The notes under the pieces are model-generated. The model had not been told where the DNA came from. It ran no database searches and worked only from the letters and a program-made list of their open reading frames with translations. Of a stretch of DNA of 64,000 bases, positions 29,603-39,629 are shown piece after piece. Made by a program: the position numbers and the translations under genes. Position 1 is the first letter of the stretch. The number at the start of each line of letters is the position of its first letter. Location: the NCBI GenBank assembly GCA_028714455.1, contig JAQTMG010000003.1, positions 39,834 to 103,833 on the forward strand. The letters run 5' to 3'. This stretch comes from Patescibacteria group bacterium (GTDB lineage: Bacteria; Patescibacteriota; Patescibacteriia; CAIXNZ01).

Positions 29603-30403
29603 CTATTTTTTGAATTCTATTTCATCGCCATAAATTTCCCGAAGCAAAGATTTTACGTCAAATTCTTCAATTATCGCCGCTCTCATATTGGCTCGCAATA
29701 AAGAGGCAAAAGTGCCCGCGTCAGTCCAGGCATGACACAAAATCTCATAAGTCATGCCGCCCGATCTGACGTAAAAATTATTTACGTCGGTGATTTCTAG
29801 TTCTCCCCTGCCAGATGGTTGCAGACTGCTGATAATATCCCAAACTTGCTTATCGTACATGTAAAGCCCGGTCACGGCCAAATTGGATTTTGGTGAAAGA
29901 GGTTTTTCTTCGATCTCCGTTATCTTGCCGCCTTCAATATTAGCCACGCCAAATCTCTCCGGATCAGGAACTTTCTTCAAAAATATCTTTGCGCCACCTA
30001 CCTGTTTTTGAAATTCAATGGCAGCGCCGGCGATATCATCCTCAAAAATATTATCGCCTAAAATCACGATGATTTTCTCATTTCTGGCAAAGTCTTTGGC
30101 CAGGTCCAGGGCCTGCGCGATGCCGCCCGGATTTTTTTGCACGGCAAAACTGAACTTTATGCCAGCGAAATCAGGGTTTTTATCAAAGAGGCGCTTAAAA
30201 TGATCAGCGTGCTCTTTGCCGCTGACAATCATAATATCGTTTAGGCCAGCCTTAATCAGAGTGCGCAGAGGATAATAAATCATGGGCTTGTTAAAAACCG
30301 GCAGTAGATGCTTATTTGTTACGGCAGTGCAGGGAAAAAGTCGCGAACCGGTTCCGCCCGCCAAAATTATACCTTTCATAGGTTTATAATTAGCAATTTT
30401 CAT
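29603..30403 (-). CDS. rmlA: Glucose-1-phosphate thymidylyltransferase (RmlA/SpsI-like)
   Basis: GIILAGGTGSRL, KHLLPV, LGDN, EKP, RGELEITD. Confidence 0.85.
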   Translation of the reverse strand: MKIANYKPMKGIILAGGTGSRLFPCTAVTNKHLLPVFNKPMIYYPLRTLIKAGLNDIMIVSGKEHADHFKRLFDKNPDFAGIKFSFAVQKNPGGIAQALDLAKDFARNEKIIVILGDNIFEDDIAGAAIEFQKQVGGAKIFLKKVPDPERFGVANIEGGKITEIEEKPLSPKSNLAVTGLYMYDKQVWDIISSLQPSGRGELEITDVNNFYVRSGGMTYEILCHAWTDAGTFASLLRANMRAAIIEEFDVKSLLREIYGDEIEFKK

Positions 30404-30496
30404 ATATCAATTTGCAATAAATTTTCAATTTAACAATTTTCAATTTTTTGGCAGTTGATCATTGATAATTGATAATTTAATGAAAATTGTAAATTG

Positions 30497-31348
30497 TTAA
30501 TTGTTAATTGATTTAATATATTCTTTTAACGCCTTCTGCCAATTCCTCGTTTTCGGCAATTTTGTGTTTATTAAAGACGAGTACGGCGGCCTTTTGGCCG
30601 GCAAAGGATATTCTGCCGTCGAGCAGGGCCTGACTTTAACTTTCAGCTTCTGCAACTTGCAGATCTTTTTCGCAAATTCATACCAGGTAATGCCGCCTTT
30701 TTTCGTCTCGTTGGTGATGTGATAAATACCAAAAGGCAAATCATTATTTAAAATATATAAAATTTGCCTGGCCAAGTCAACCGTGTAAGTCGGCTTGCCA
30801 AACTGATCATTGATAACTTTCAACTCTTTTTTTTCTCGGCCCAAGCGTGAAATCGTATCCACGAAATTTTTGCCATGTCTGCCATAAAGCCATGAAGTTC
30901 TAACCAAATAATATTTATCTAGCTTCGCCAGTGCTTTTTCGCCAAGCAGTTTTGAGGCGCCATATATGCTCGATGGCCAAAATTCTTGCGAATTTTCAAT
31001 GTAACCTTTCTTATTTTTTCCGTCAAAGACATAATCAGTGGAGATCTGGACAAAAATGGCCCCTATTTTCCTGGCTATATCAGTCAGATAACCAACTGCT
31101 AACCCGTTCACCATCGTGGCCTTATCAACCTCCTCTTCGCAAGCGTCAACATTAGTAAAAGCAGCGCAATTAAGTATAATATCTGGTTTCAAATCGCCAA
31201 TTTTTGAGTCAACCTGATTTTTATCAATAATATCAATATCATCAAAATCCCAAAGCGTCAAATTATAAAACGAGAAAATCTTGGCTAAATCAGTGGCCAG
31301 CATTCCCTTCGCTCCCAAAATCAATATTTTTTTATTCTTATCTAGCAT
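30497..31348 (-). CDS. rmlD: dTDP-4-dehydrorhamnose reductase
   Basis: GAKGML, ISTDYVFDG, YGASK, DQFGKPT, RPPYS. Confidence 0.92.
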   Translation of the reverse strand: MLDKNKKILILGAKGMLATDLAKIFSFYNLTLWDFDDIDIIDKNQVDSKIGDLKPDIILNCAAFTNVDACEEEVDKATMVNGLAVGYLTDIARKIGAIFVQISTDYVFDGKNKKGYIENSQEFWPSSIYGASKLLGEKALAKLDKYYLVRTSWLYGRHGKNFVDTISRLGREKKELKVINDQFGKPTYTVDLARQILYILNNDLPFGIYHITNETKKGGITWYEFAKKICKLQKLKVKVRPCSTAEYPLPAKRPPYSSLINTKLPKTRNWQKALKEYIKSINN

Positions 31349-31431
31349 GTCTTAAATTTTAGCCGAAAAATTAATTTTTAGCAATAAAAAAGCCCCTATC
31401 AATGATAAGAGCTTTTAGGCGCTTCCTTTCT

Positions 31432-31788
31432 CTACGGCGGCTTATAAGTAGATTCAATCTTTTTAAACAAGATTGCGAGAATTAATCCCGCCCAATATTC
31501 TTCCTTTGGCATTCCTCTGGCTGCCTTAAGCACGCATCTCTTGGCTTCATCCCATTCGCCTTCTTCTTTGAAATAATGTGCCAAAATACCATAGATAAGC
31601 GGCACCTTCTCGTCTTTGTTGATTTCCTTAAGCCACTTGATTATTTGAACCCTGAAAACTGTGGAGTCCAACTTCTTCATCTCCAGATTCATAAAGGCCT
31701 CGAACTCATCCTTGTTGAATTTTTCATTCAGCCGCAGAATCTTTAACCTTACCTCTTCGAGGAATTTGGCATCTTGAGAATTGGCCAC
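31432..31788 (-). CDS. Hypothetical protein
   Basis: Probable GTG start after AAGGAGG; promoter TTGACA-16-TATAGT upstream. Confidence 0.5.
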   Translation of the reverse strand: MANSQDAKFLEEVRLKILRLNEKFNKDEFEAFMNLEMKKLDSTVFRVQIIKWLKEINKDEKVPLIYGILAHYFKEEGEWDEAKRCVLKAARGMPKEEYWAGLILAILFKKIESTYKPP

Positions 31789-31927
31789 CCAGATCACCTC
31801 CTTTTTAAGGTTCTCTTTTTGATTAATAACTATAGCAAAAGCAGCAGTTTTGTCAAGCCATAGATTTGACAATTCAACTTAAATATGCTATAATTATATT
31901 ATAAAATAGTATTTAACTTTATATTTT

Positions 31928-32515
31928 ATGGAACAAATACAACAACCAACAAAAAAACCTATTGGATATAGGGCCTTGTCAGAAAGTCAGCAAGACCCCA
32001 CTCCCAGAAGAAAAAGGGGCGGGATTAAACAAATAGAGATTCCCGAAGAAGAACAACCCATAGATAAGGTAGAGGGTGTTGTAACTTTGGGTGAATTTGA
32101 AGGAGAAACGGGTCGAGAGCGCGAACAAAAAAAGATTCAAGAGTTAGCAATCCTTGAAAAAGGTTTTGAATCAAGCACTCCTGCCGATCTTTATAAATTT
32201 ATCTCCATGGCGGAAAAAATTAAGGAAACAGATCCTGATATTAAAATATTCCCGGAGCTAAGCGACAAATATGACAACCTGATTGGTAAGGCCATGAACT
32301 TACTCAAAACAAAAAATATACTAGATTTGACTACTAAAGAGATCCTGGATTTGAGAAAAAATAAACTGTCACCAGAACAAAATTTCGCGGCCAAAGAAGA
32401 AATAATTAATCGTATAAACACAATTGTATCTATTGCTAAAACGGCCAGAAGTACTGGGCAGATTAAAAAATTTATCGATGACCTGAATACGCTAAAAGAA
32501 TCATTATATCAGTAA
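31928..32515 (+). CDS. Hypothetical protein (charged, helical)
   Basis: 195-aa ORF with upstream TTGACA-17-TATAAT. Confidence 0.6.
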   Translation: MEQIQQPTKKPIGYRALSESQQDPTPRRKRGGIKQIEIPEEEQPIDKVEGVVTLGEFEGETGREREQKKIQELAILEKGFESSTPADLYKFISMAEKIKETDPDIKIFPELSDKYDNLIGKAMNLLKTKNILDLTTKEILDLRKNKLSPEQNFAAKEEIINRINTIVSIAKTARSTGQIKKFIDDLNTLKESLYQ

Positions 32516-32534
32516 TATAAAAAAATCGTCCCGC

Positions 32535-32981
32535 TTATGGGACGATTTTTTTGTTTAGCTTTAAGAGTTCTTTGTGCCGGTGGTTAATATATATGAGCCA
32601 GGCCGAAATTAACGCTCCGGTTGAATCAATTAAAACGTCTCGATAAGTTCCGACCCTATTTAAGGTAAATGTCTGGTGGAATTCATCGGAGATGGCGTAC
32701 AAAATTGTGAAAATTAATGCCCAAACTATATTCCAGATATAATGCCTCTTCTCTGTTTGCCCCAAAATACGAAAAATCAGGAGGGTTAAGACCGCGTATT
32801 CAAACATGTGGGCTATCTTTCTTAAAATAAATTCCCAGATGTCAGTCGCAACTATAAAGTTAAGCGATTTTGAGGATAAATAATAAATCGCCAGCATCCA
32901 GATGATCGCTGACGCCCATTTTTCATAACTCTGAAAATTTTTATTGGCCAAAATTTTCTCAATTTTTGATTTCAAGCCCAT
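32535..32981 (-). CDS. VanZ family protein
   Basis: RKIAHMFEY...YAISDEFHQTF...R...DVLID. Confidence 0.88.
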   Translation of the reverse strand: MGLKSKIEKILANKNFQSYEKWASAIIWMLAIYYLSSKSLNFIVATDIWEFILRKIAHMFEYAVLTLLIFRILGQTEKRHYIWNIVWALIFTILYAISDEFHQTFTLNRVGTYRDVLIDSTGALISAWLIYINHRHKELLKLNKKIVP

Positions 32982-32983
32982 AT

Positions 32984-33991
32984 TTATCTTTCTTCGTACT
33001 GTTTTTTATAATAATCTTTATATTCCCCAGATTTAATTTTTTTCCACCACTGCTGATTATTTTTGTACCATTCAACCGTTTGCCTCAAACCATCTTCAAA
33101 TTTAATCCGCGGCTGCCAGTCCAGCTCTTTTTTTATTTTGGAAAAATCAACGGCATAGCGCCTGTCATGCCCTGCCCTGTCTTTGACATATTCAATCATT
33201 TCTTCGCCCTGGCCAAATTCATTTAAAATAAATTCTGTGATTTCCAAATTTGTTTTTTCACTGGCGCCGCCCAGACAATATGTTTCGCCAATTTTGCCAT
33301 TGTGCAAAATCAAATCAACTCCCCTATTATGGTCATCGACATGTATCCAGTCGCGCACATTCAAACCATCACCATAAACCGGCACTTTTTTCCCCTCAAT
33401 TAAATTGGTCACAAAAAGTGGAATCAATTTCTCGGGAAACTGATATGGTCCATAATTATTTGAGCAATTGGAAATAGTAATCGGTAGGCCAAAACTATGA
33501 TAATAAGAGCGCACCAGATGGTCAGAAGCCGCTTTACTGGCCGAATACGGGCTTCTGGGGTCATAGGGCGTTTTTTCATTAAAAGCCTTGTCTTCGGGGC
33601 CCAATGAACCGAAAACCTCATCAGTAGAAACGTGGTGAAATCTTTTATTACCATTTAATTTGGCGGCATCCAATAAAGTTCTTGTGCCCTCGATATTTGT
33701 TTTCACAAAATCACCGCTGTCAATTATTGAACGGTCAACGTGAGTTTCCGCGGCAAAATTAATAATTGCGTCGACTTCTCCAACTAATTTATTCACCAAA
33801 TCAAAGTCGCATATATCACCTTTCACAAATTTATAATTGGAATTATTCTCAATGTCTTTCAAATTCTCCAAATTGCCGGCATAAGTCAATTTGTCCAAAT
33901 TAACAATCTGATCATTTGGATGATTTTTCAAATAATAGCGTATAAAGTTTGAACCGATAAACCCGGCGCCGCCGGTAATAAGTAGTTTCAT
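32984..33991 (-). CDS. rmlB: dTDP-glucose 4,6-dehydratase
   Basis: TGGAGFIGS, AAETHVDRS, VSTDEV, YSASK, RAGHDRRY. Confidence 0.95.
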   Translation of the reverse strand: MKLLITGGAGFIGSNFIRYYLKNHPNDQIVNLDKLTYAGNLENLKDIENNSNYKFVKGDICDFDLVNKLVGEVDAIINFAAETHVDRSIIDSGDFVKTNIEGTRTLLDAAKLNGNKRFHHVSTDEVFGSLGPEDKAFNEKTPYDPRSPYSASKAASDHLVRSYYHSFGLPITISNCSNNYGPYQFPEKLIPLFVTNLIEGKKVPVYGDGLNVRDWIHVDDHNRGVDLILHNGKIGETYCLGGASEKTNLEITEFILNEFGQGEEMIEYVKDRAGHDRRYAVDFSKIKKELDWQPRIKFEDGLRQTVEWYKNNQQWWKKIKSGEYKDYYKKQYEER

Positions 33992-34203
33992 AGTATTATG
34001 AACCACGAAATTTTTTCACGAAAGGCACTAAAATTTCGTGTTATTTAGTGAATTATTTTCGTGTTTCAGATATCAATATTTATAAATCCAATTTATCAAA
34101 AAAACCATAATAAATCAACCCAAAATAAAAAGTCCCGCCGCGAGTGCAACGGGACTTAAAATTGAATTTTTCAAAAGTTCAAAAACATCAAGATTTCAAG
34201 GGT

Positions 34204-34998
34204 TCAAAAACTGAACTTCCGAGATAGGACAACGCGCAAGTCGTCATCGGAGCAATCGACCAAGCCGCCGCTGACAATGAGGCCACCGGAACCAAAGACG
34301 CCGACACCGACGCGGTTGTCATTGGAAGCCGCCGTAGCACCCCAATGGTACCAGTCTTCCGCAATTCGCTCGCCGTTATTGACCATAAAAATGGTCAGGA
34401 TGGCTTCGGCAAAGGCTGCCTCATGACAACGTTCGTAGCCCGCGCCCAGTTCGGTTATCGCTTTTCCCTGCTCCACCCAATTCATGTTGGCGAACTGGCC
34501 GCGGAAGTTGATGAGGTAATAGCCGGTTTGGGGCCTGAAAGTCGCCCACTTGTCCTCGTCGCTCTCGAGCCACCAGTCGTCGTTGGCAAAGGTGTCAAAA
34601 CAGGGCTGTTCGGCCCTATTAACGCCGCGCTTTTCTCTCTGCTCGCGCAGAGAAAGGCCATTGATGTAAACTAGACGCCAATCTTCGCCTTGTTCATTCT
34701 CTTTAGCCGCGTGACGCAAGGTTGCCTTGGAATAGAGGACTTTATCGTCTTTTGGCGACTCCAGTCCCCAGACCCCGGCAGATTGCTTTGCGACAATAAC
34801 ATTATCCCTCCCAAAAAGACGTAAAATAAACTCCCAATCTGGATATTCCCTGGCCTCAAAGGGATTTTTGTGGTCAATCAATGCCTGCAGATGGTCCGTA
34901 TCCAAAGAACCTCGTTTGAGCTGCGAAAAAATTTCCGCCATTTGGTTAATCACCTTTTGACCTGCCCTTACGGACAAATCTTCCTGACGATCTTTCAT
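34204..34998 (-). CDS. Putative DGR target protein with C-terminal variable region
   Basis: Start MKDRQ after AGGAGG; C-terminus WYHWG...NRVGVGVFGSGGLIVSGGLVDCSDDDLRVVLSRKF; NNY-biased codons. Confidence 0.7.
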   Translation of the reverse strand: MKDRQEDLSVRAGQKVINQMAEIFSQLKRGSLDTDHLQALIDHKNPFEAREYPDWEFILRLFGRDNVIVAKQSAGVWGLESPKDDKVLYSKATLRHAAKENEQGEDWRLVYINGLSLREQREKRGVNRAEQPCFDTFANDDWWLESDEDKWATFRPQTGYYLINFRGQFANMNWVEQGKAITELGAGYERCHEAAFAEAILTIFMVNNGERIAEDWYHWGATAASNDNRVGVGVFGSGGLIVSGGLVDCSDDDLRVVLSRKFSF

Positions 34999-35247
34999 CG
35001 CCTTTCCTCCTTTGCCTTTTTCAAGGCATGTTTTTTCGCCCATACGGACGATGTTTTGTGGTTAGTTAACCAGTTACGCGTTTTTATCTCAAATTTACAA
35101 AGAACTTATTGATTTAAAAATGTATCACTTTTTTATAAAGATGTCAATTAATACAGATGCGCTAACTAGCTGGATCGCGCGAACACTTTAGTGTGAGCCA
35201 GTCTAGTCGACACTAAAGTGTCTCTGCGAGTAGTGGCGTAAACGCAA

Positions 35248-35925
35248 TTATTTCTCGCCCTCAACCTCTTGCCAAAACCTGTCAAAAAATTTCACCATAA
35301 AATCGTGTCTTTCTTGAGCAAATTTTTTGCCTGTTTTGGTTAAAATTTTATCTTTAATCCTTTTTAATTTAAATTCATATTCCATAATGCCAGTGTCATC
35401 GACAGTATAAGAGCGATCAATTCCTCTCTGCGCATAATATTTTTCCTTGCCAGTATAAAGCGCGGTTTTATGATAGCCAGCAAAGAGAAAATCTCGGCCG
35501 ATTCCCACTGCGCCAATTGAATCTAATTTATCAGCATCATAAATTACCTTGGCTTCAATTGTTTTTGGCGCTAAACTTTTACGAAAGCGATGCGCTTCGA
35601 TACAATGTAAAATATTATCAATTTGCTCTTTGTCTAATTTATATTTTTTCAAAATCGGCTTGGCTAATTTGGCGCTTTCCTGCGCGTGACAAATTTTGCC
35701 CTTGCTTTGCATTTCTTTTTTTCTGGCAATGTCATGCCATAAAGCAGCGATTTCAATCACGCCCAAATCAGCTTTTTCTTTTTTGCCAATTTGCAAAGCC
35801 AGATTTCTCACGCGCTCAACATGCGTCCAGTCATGGCAACCGCTGGCGCCGATAAAATATTTTTTAGCTTCTTTTTCTATGGCTAAAATTATTTTTTTAG
35901 TAATTTTCATTTTATCTATATTCAA
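35248..35925 (-). CDS. HD-domain phosphohydrolase
   Basis: HDWTHVERV, WHDI, AHR, DADKLD. Confidence 0.88.
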   Translation of the reverse strand: MNIDKMKITKKIILAIEKEAKKYFIGASGCHDWTHVERVRNLALQIGKKEKADLGVIEIAALWHDIARKKEMQSKGKICHAQESAKLAKPILKKYKLDKEQIDNILHCIEAHRFRKSLAPKTIEAKVIYDADKLDSIGAVGIGRDFLFAGYHKTALYTGKEKYYAQRGIDRSYTVDDTGIMEYEFKLKRIKDKILTKTGKKFAQERHDFMVKFFDRFWQEVEGEK

Positions 35926-36430
35926 TTAATTCCTTGCTATCTCTCAAAATTTTATTATCTAATTTTTCTTTGGGGTCAGGATAGCCGACCAATAGTAAAG
36001 AGATTGGTTTAAATTTTCTCTGGATATTAAATAATTTCTGGATATCTTCTTCTTTTCGAATATCATTAAATTTATGGCCAGACAAATAAACACAACCCAG
36101 GCCAAGATCGTGAATTATTAAAGCCATATTTTGTGACGCCAAAACTCCATCTTCTACAAAACTGATTGGTGATTTTTCCATGTCCACGCAAATTACTATT
36201 ATTAAATTACACGATAGAATTGCGTCCTTATTATATTTATGATTTATTTGAGAAAATTTGTTTATCAAATCCCTATTTTTTACAATAAAAAATTGCCAGG
36301 GTTGAGAGTTCTCTGAAGAAGGAGCGCACCTACCAGCATCTATAATTTTTTCAATTATTTCAGCGGGGATATCCTTAGCTAAAAATTTCCTTCTAGATCT
36401 TCGGGTTTTAATACATTGAAAAGCTTCCAT
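35912..36430 (-). CDS. Nitroreductase family protein
   Basis: RRSRRKF, APSSENSQPW, GLGCV, VGYP. Confidence 0.88.
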   Translation of the reverse strand: MEAFQCIKTRRSRRKFLAKDIPAEIIEKIIDAGRCAPSSENSQPWQFFIVKNRDLINKFSQINHKYNKDAILSCNLIIVICVDMEKSPISFVEDGVLASQNMALIIHDLGLGCVYLSGHKFNDIRKEEDIQKLFNIQRKFKPISLLLVGYPDPKEKLDNKILRDSKELIEYR

Positions 36431-36433
36431 GGT

Positions 36434-36832
36434 TTAATAAATAATTTTATTCCTTAATTTCTTTTTTTCCGATATTTTCTTTTTAGTCGTAATCCTCTTT
36501 TCTTTTGAACCATGAGTCGGCTTGGTCGCAATCCTTTTTATTTCCGGCGTTAAAATTTTATTAACCAGCCAATTCAATTTTTCGATTACAGATTCTTTAT
36601 TTTGTATCTGCGAGCGTTCGCTTTGCGCGTATAAAACCAATTCTCCTTTTTCAGTAATTTTATCGCCCAATTTGTGCAAAAGCAGATATTTTTGTTCAGG
36701 CGCCAAAATATGGGAATTATACAAATCCCATTTCAAAACGGCTTTGGTAGCAACCTTATTCACATTTTGCCCGCCCTTGCCGCCGCTGCGAGCAAAAGTA
36801 ATCTCTAATTCTTTTTCGGGAATTATAATCAT
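36434..36832 (-). CDS. arfB: Alternative ribosome-rescue factor ArfB
   Basis: RSGGKGGQNVNKV, ERSQ.QN, basic C-terminal tail. Confidence 0.9.
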   Translation of the reverse strand: MIIIPEKELEITFARSGGKGGQNVNKVATKAVLKWDLYNSHILAPEQKYLLLHKLGDKITEKGELVLYAQSERSQIQNKESVIEKLNWLVNKILTPEIKRIATKPTHGSKEKRITTKKKISEKKKLRNKIIY

Positions 36833-36879
36833 AAAAAAATTATTATTCCTTTCACTAATACCTAATCCCTAATACCCAA

Positions 36880-37296
36880 TCACTTAATATTTTCCCTTAT
36901 TTTTTGGGAAACCTCTTCTGCCTCTTTGGCTTTATAACTTTTACCTGGCCAGTGCTGTAAGCCATCCTCGGCAGTTCTGGGCACGATATGCCAGTGTAAA
37001 TGTGGCACAATCTGACCGGCCAACCTGCCGTTATTTAATTCCAGATTAAAGGCATCATAACCCAGGCCAGCCAAAACCGCCTTGGCAATTTTTTGTGTGG
37101 CCAAAATCATGGCTGCCAATGTTTCTTCATCGGCATCCAAAAGATTAACAAAATGTTTTTTGGGCATCACCAATGCGTGGCCGGGATTAACCGGGTGAAT
37201 ATCCAAAATCGCGAGAATTTTATCATCTTCATAAACTTTCGTAGCTGGTATTTCGCCGGCGATAATTTGGCAAAAAAGGCAATCTTCATTGGGCAT
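36880..37296 (-). CDS. HIT family hydrolase
   Basis: CLFC, PGHALV, HLHWHIVPR. Confidence 0.92.
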   Translation of the reverse strand: MPNEDCLFCQIIAGEIPATKVYEDDKILAILDIHPVNPGHALVMPKKHFVNLLDADEETLAAMILATQKIAKAVLAGLGYDAFNLELNNGRLAGQIVPHLHWHIVPRTAEDGLQHWPGKSYKAKEAEEVSQKIRENIK

Positions 37297-37321
37297 ATGT
37301 GTTTTAGTAAATAATTAAATA

Positions 37322-37750
37322 TTAAGAATTTATGATTTTAGCCGCCTCTTCGTAAAACCATCTTAGGGCATATTCCTGCGCGCTGGATTTACTGCCTTTG
37401 AGAATATCTCTGATTGTCATCATAATATTGCTTGGATCGGTAGATCCAATCCTGCGCGTCGCCTCCAAACAATAATTTAACTTTCTAATTATCTCTTTCA
37501 TTTCTGTCTCTGACATTTTCTCTTTTTTGAGATCTTCAAGTATCTCCAGATATTGCTTGTAAATTGGCGCCAGATATTTTTTAATGAATAATTCTTTTTC
37601 TTCTTTTTTAACCCAGCCCGTACTCAAGGCGTAATCGACTGATTCATCGACATAATCCCCCTCCGATTTTATTTTTAAGTCTTCTTCGATTTTTTTTCTT
37701 GATCTTTCTTCCGTCGACGGTTGAAGAGGATTTAATTTTTCTTTATTCAT
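37322..37750 (-). CDS. Hypothetical protein
   Basis: 142-aa ORF co-oriented with its neighbours. Confidence 0.55.
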   Translation of the reverse strand: MNKEKLNPLQPSTEERSRKKIEEDLKIKSEGDYVDESVDYALSTGWVKKEEKELFIKKYLAPIYKQYLEILEDLKKEKMSETEMKEIIRKLNYCLEATRRIGSTDPSNIMMTIRDILKGSKSSAQEYALRWFYEEAAKIINS

Positions 37751-37794
37751 AATATATAAGGTATAAGGCTTAAATTTTAAATTAAAAATTATAA

Positions 37795-38460
37795 TTATTT
37801 TTTAATATCGTCAGTTAGTCGGGGATAATTCAAACTGGTATATTGCCAATTTTCAGGCAAGCCATGCTTCAAATGATTATAAACTGTATAATTATAATGA
37901 TGATCCCAGTCCCTTTGCTTTTTTAAATGATTTTGATGAAAGCGGATAAAGTGGTCGTAAAAAGATAATTGCCATTTAAATTTTGGGTAAGGACTGCTAT
38001 TGCCAAATTTTTTTATAAATTCTTCCTTATAATGTTCAAGGTTTATTTTCCTCTCATTAAAATCATCAAAATTCCCATTAAATAAATTAAGCAACCTCAT
38101 CCTCATCCTTCGTAGGCGAAACGACGTCGTTTCGCCTACGAAGAGCGGTGAATTTTGATTAATCGTATATCCCATCACAATATTAACATTGCGTGAAAAA
38201 TTTTCTTTTAACGATTTGATTATTTTTGAAATATTATATTGGTTATTAGGTTCAATTATTAAATTAATATGATCATAAATTATGGAAAAGGCATACAGCT
38301 TAAATCCCTTTAATTGTTTACAAATCCCTAAATTCTCAATAAACAAGCTGCAAAAAATCGTCTCTTTAAAATATGGGAAATTATTCTTCGTCTTGATTAC
38401 GATGTAATATATAGCACCTGGAAAATATATCCGCTTAGAATAATTTTTGTGCAATTTCAT
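37795..38460 (-). mobile_element. Y1/REP-associated tyrosine transposase (RAYT-like), HUH motif degenerate
   Basis: YYIVIKT, YAFSIIYDHINLI (HUH changed to HIN), WQLSFYDHFIR, YTVYNH, WQYTS; internal 36-bp palindrome. Confidence 0.75.
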
Positions 38461-38483
38461 TTTATTTTTGTTTTAATTGAAAA

Positions 38484-38783
38484 TTATTTTAAGCCATCAA
38501 AAACCGTAACTTCTCCGTCATCATATTCCCCCGTTTCAAATCCATCATAAACAAAATGGTCCCCATCCTGAAAAAACCAAAGCGAAAATTTTTTATCTAG
38601 AGTGATGATAAAGCCGCGGGAACTATCGGATAACGGCTGAATATCAATTCTTTCGCAATCAGAAAATAATCTTTCGGCATAACCTATTTTTTTAGGGTCA
38701 AAATTATTTTCCAAAACCGCCTGTCTTAAAAAACTCCTTGGAAAAAATTTAATATATAATTTAGTCAACCAATCTATCTTCAT
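38484..38783 (-). CDS. Hypothetical protein
   Basis: Probable start MKIDWL, directly after the rmlC-like stop. Confidence 0.55.
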   Translation of the reverse strand: MKIDWLTKLYIKFFPRSFLRQAVLENNFDPKKIGYAERLFSDCERIDIQPLSDSSRGFIITLDKKFSLWFFQDGDHFVYDGFETGEYDDGEVTVFDGLK

Positions 38784-38785
38784 AA

Positions 38786-39238
38786 TTACACTATTTTGAA
38801 CGGCGAAACAGGATCTGCCTCCCACCTAATTTCATCAACTTCCTCTTTTTTTCCTTCGCCTTTATAAAGTTTATCGGGCAAATTAATGACCAGACCGGGT
38901 TCGGTTGAAATACATTTATAACCGTGAACAACGCCAGGCGGCACAATAACCATGGTCGGCTCATTTTCGCCAACGGTTAATTTAAAATTTTGACCCCTTG
39001 TTTCGCTGTCTTCCCTGTTATCCCAAAGAAAAAGCTCAAAAATCCCAGGACCGGGAAAAATAAAAAAGTCGCTCTGAAATTTGTGTTCATGCGGACCGCG
39101 CGCTATGCCCGGCTTTGTCACCGAAAGATAACTCATGGCTGGTTTATAATCTGACTCGTCACTGCGCCAAAATTCAGCCAGATAACCGCGGCTGTCAGAA
39201 AGTTTTTCTAATTTTTTAATAATCACTCCAGAAATCAT
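38786..39238 (-). CDS. rmlC: dTDP-4-dehydrorhamnose 3,5-epimerase family (cupin)
   Basis: DSRGYLAE, ARGPHEH, VPPGVVHGY. Confidence 0.8.
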   Translation of the reverse strand: MISGVIIKKLEKLSDSRGYLAEFWRSDESDYKPAMSYLSVTKPGIARGPHEHKFQSDFFIFPGPGIFELFLWDNREDSETRGQNFKLTVGENEPTMVIVPPGVVHGYKCISTEPGLVINLPDKLYKGEGKKEEVDEIRWEADPVSPFKIV

Positions 39239-39239
39239 A

Positions 39240-39629
39240 TTATTCTTTTTTAATTGAAGTAAATAAAAAGGTAACGCAAATTATGGCCGCGCAGGCGCCG
39301 ACCAAAATACTCAAGTAGCCCATGCCCTGCAAAAAATAAATGACAAATATGCCAAAAAGTGTTGAGAGCAAAATCATCGTGGAATAATCCAGAAATTTCA
39401 TTTTCTTCTGTTCGCCTTCTTCTTTCGGATAAAATAAAACTGTAATCGCGCCGAGAATCAATAAAATCGCCAAATAAATTCCCAGATTAATATAGTTCAA
39501 AAAAATTCTTGGCTTAAAATATTCAATAAAAGCAAAAATGGTGAGAATCGCGAACATCGCCAAAAATAAATCGCGAATAATTATCAAAATTATTTTCTTA
39601 AAATTATCGGGCAAATTGAACTTTGGCAT
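39240..39629 (-). CDS. Hypothetical membrane protein (4 TM)
   Basis: Hydrophobic ORF in operon context. Confidence 0.6.
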   Translation of the reverse strand: MPKFNLPDNFKKIILIIIRDLFLAMFAILTIFAFIEYFKPRIFLNYINLGIYLAILLILGAITVLFYPKEEGEQKKMKFLDYSTMILLSTLFGIFVIYFLQGMGYLSILVGACAAIICVTFLFTSIKKE

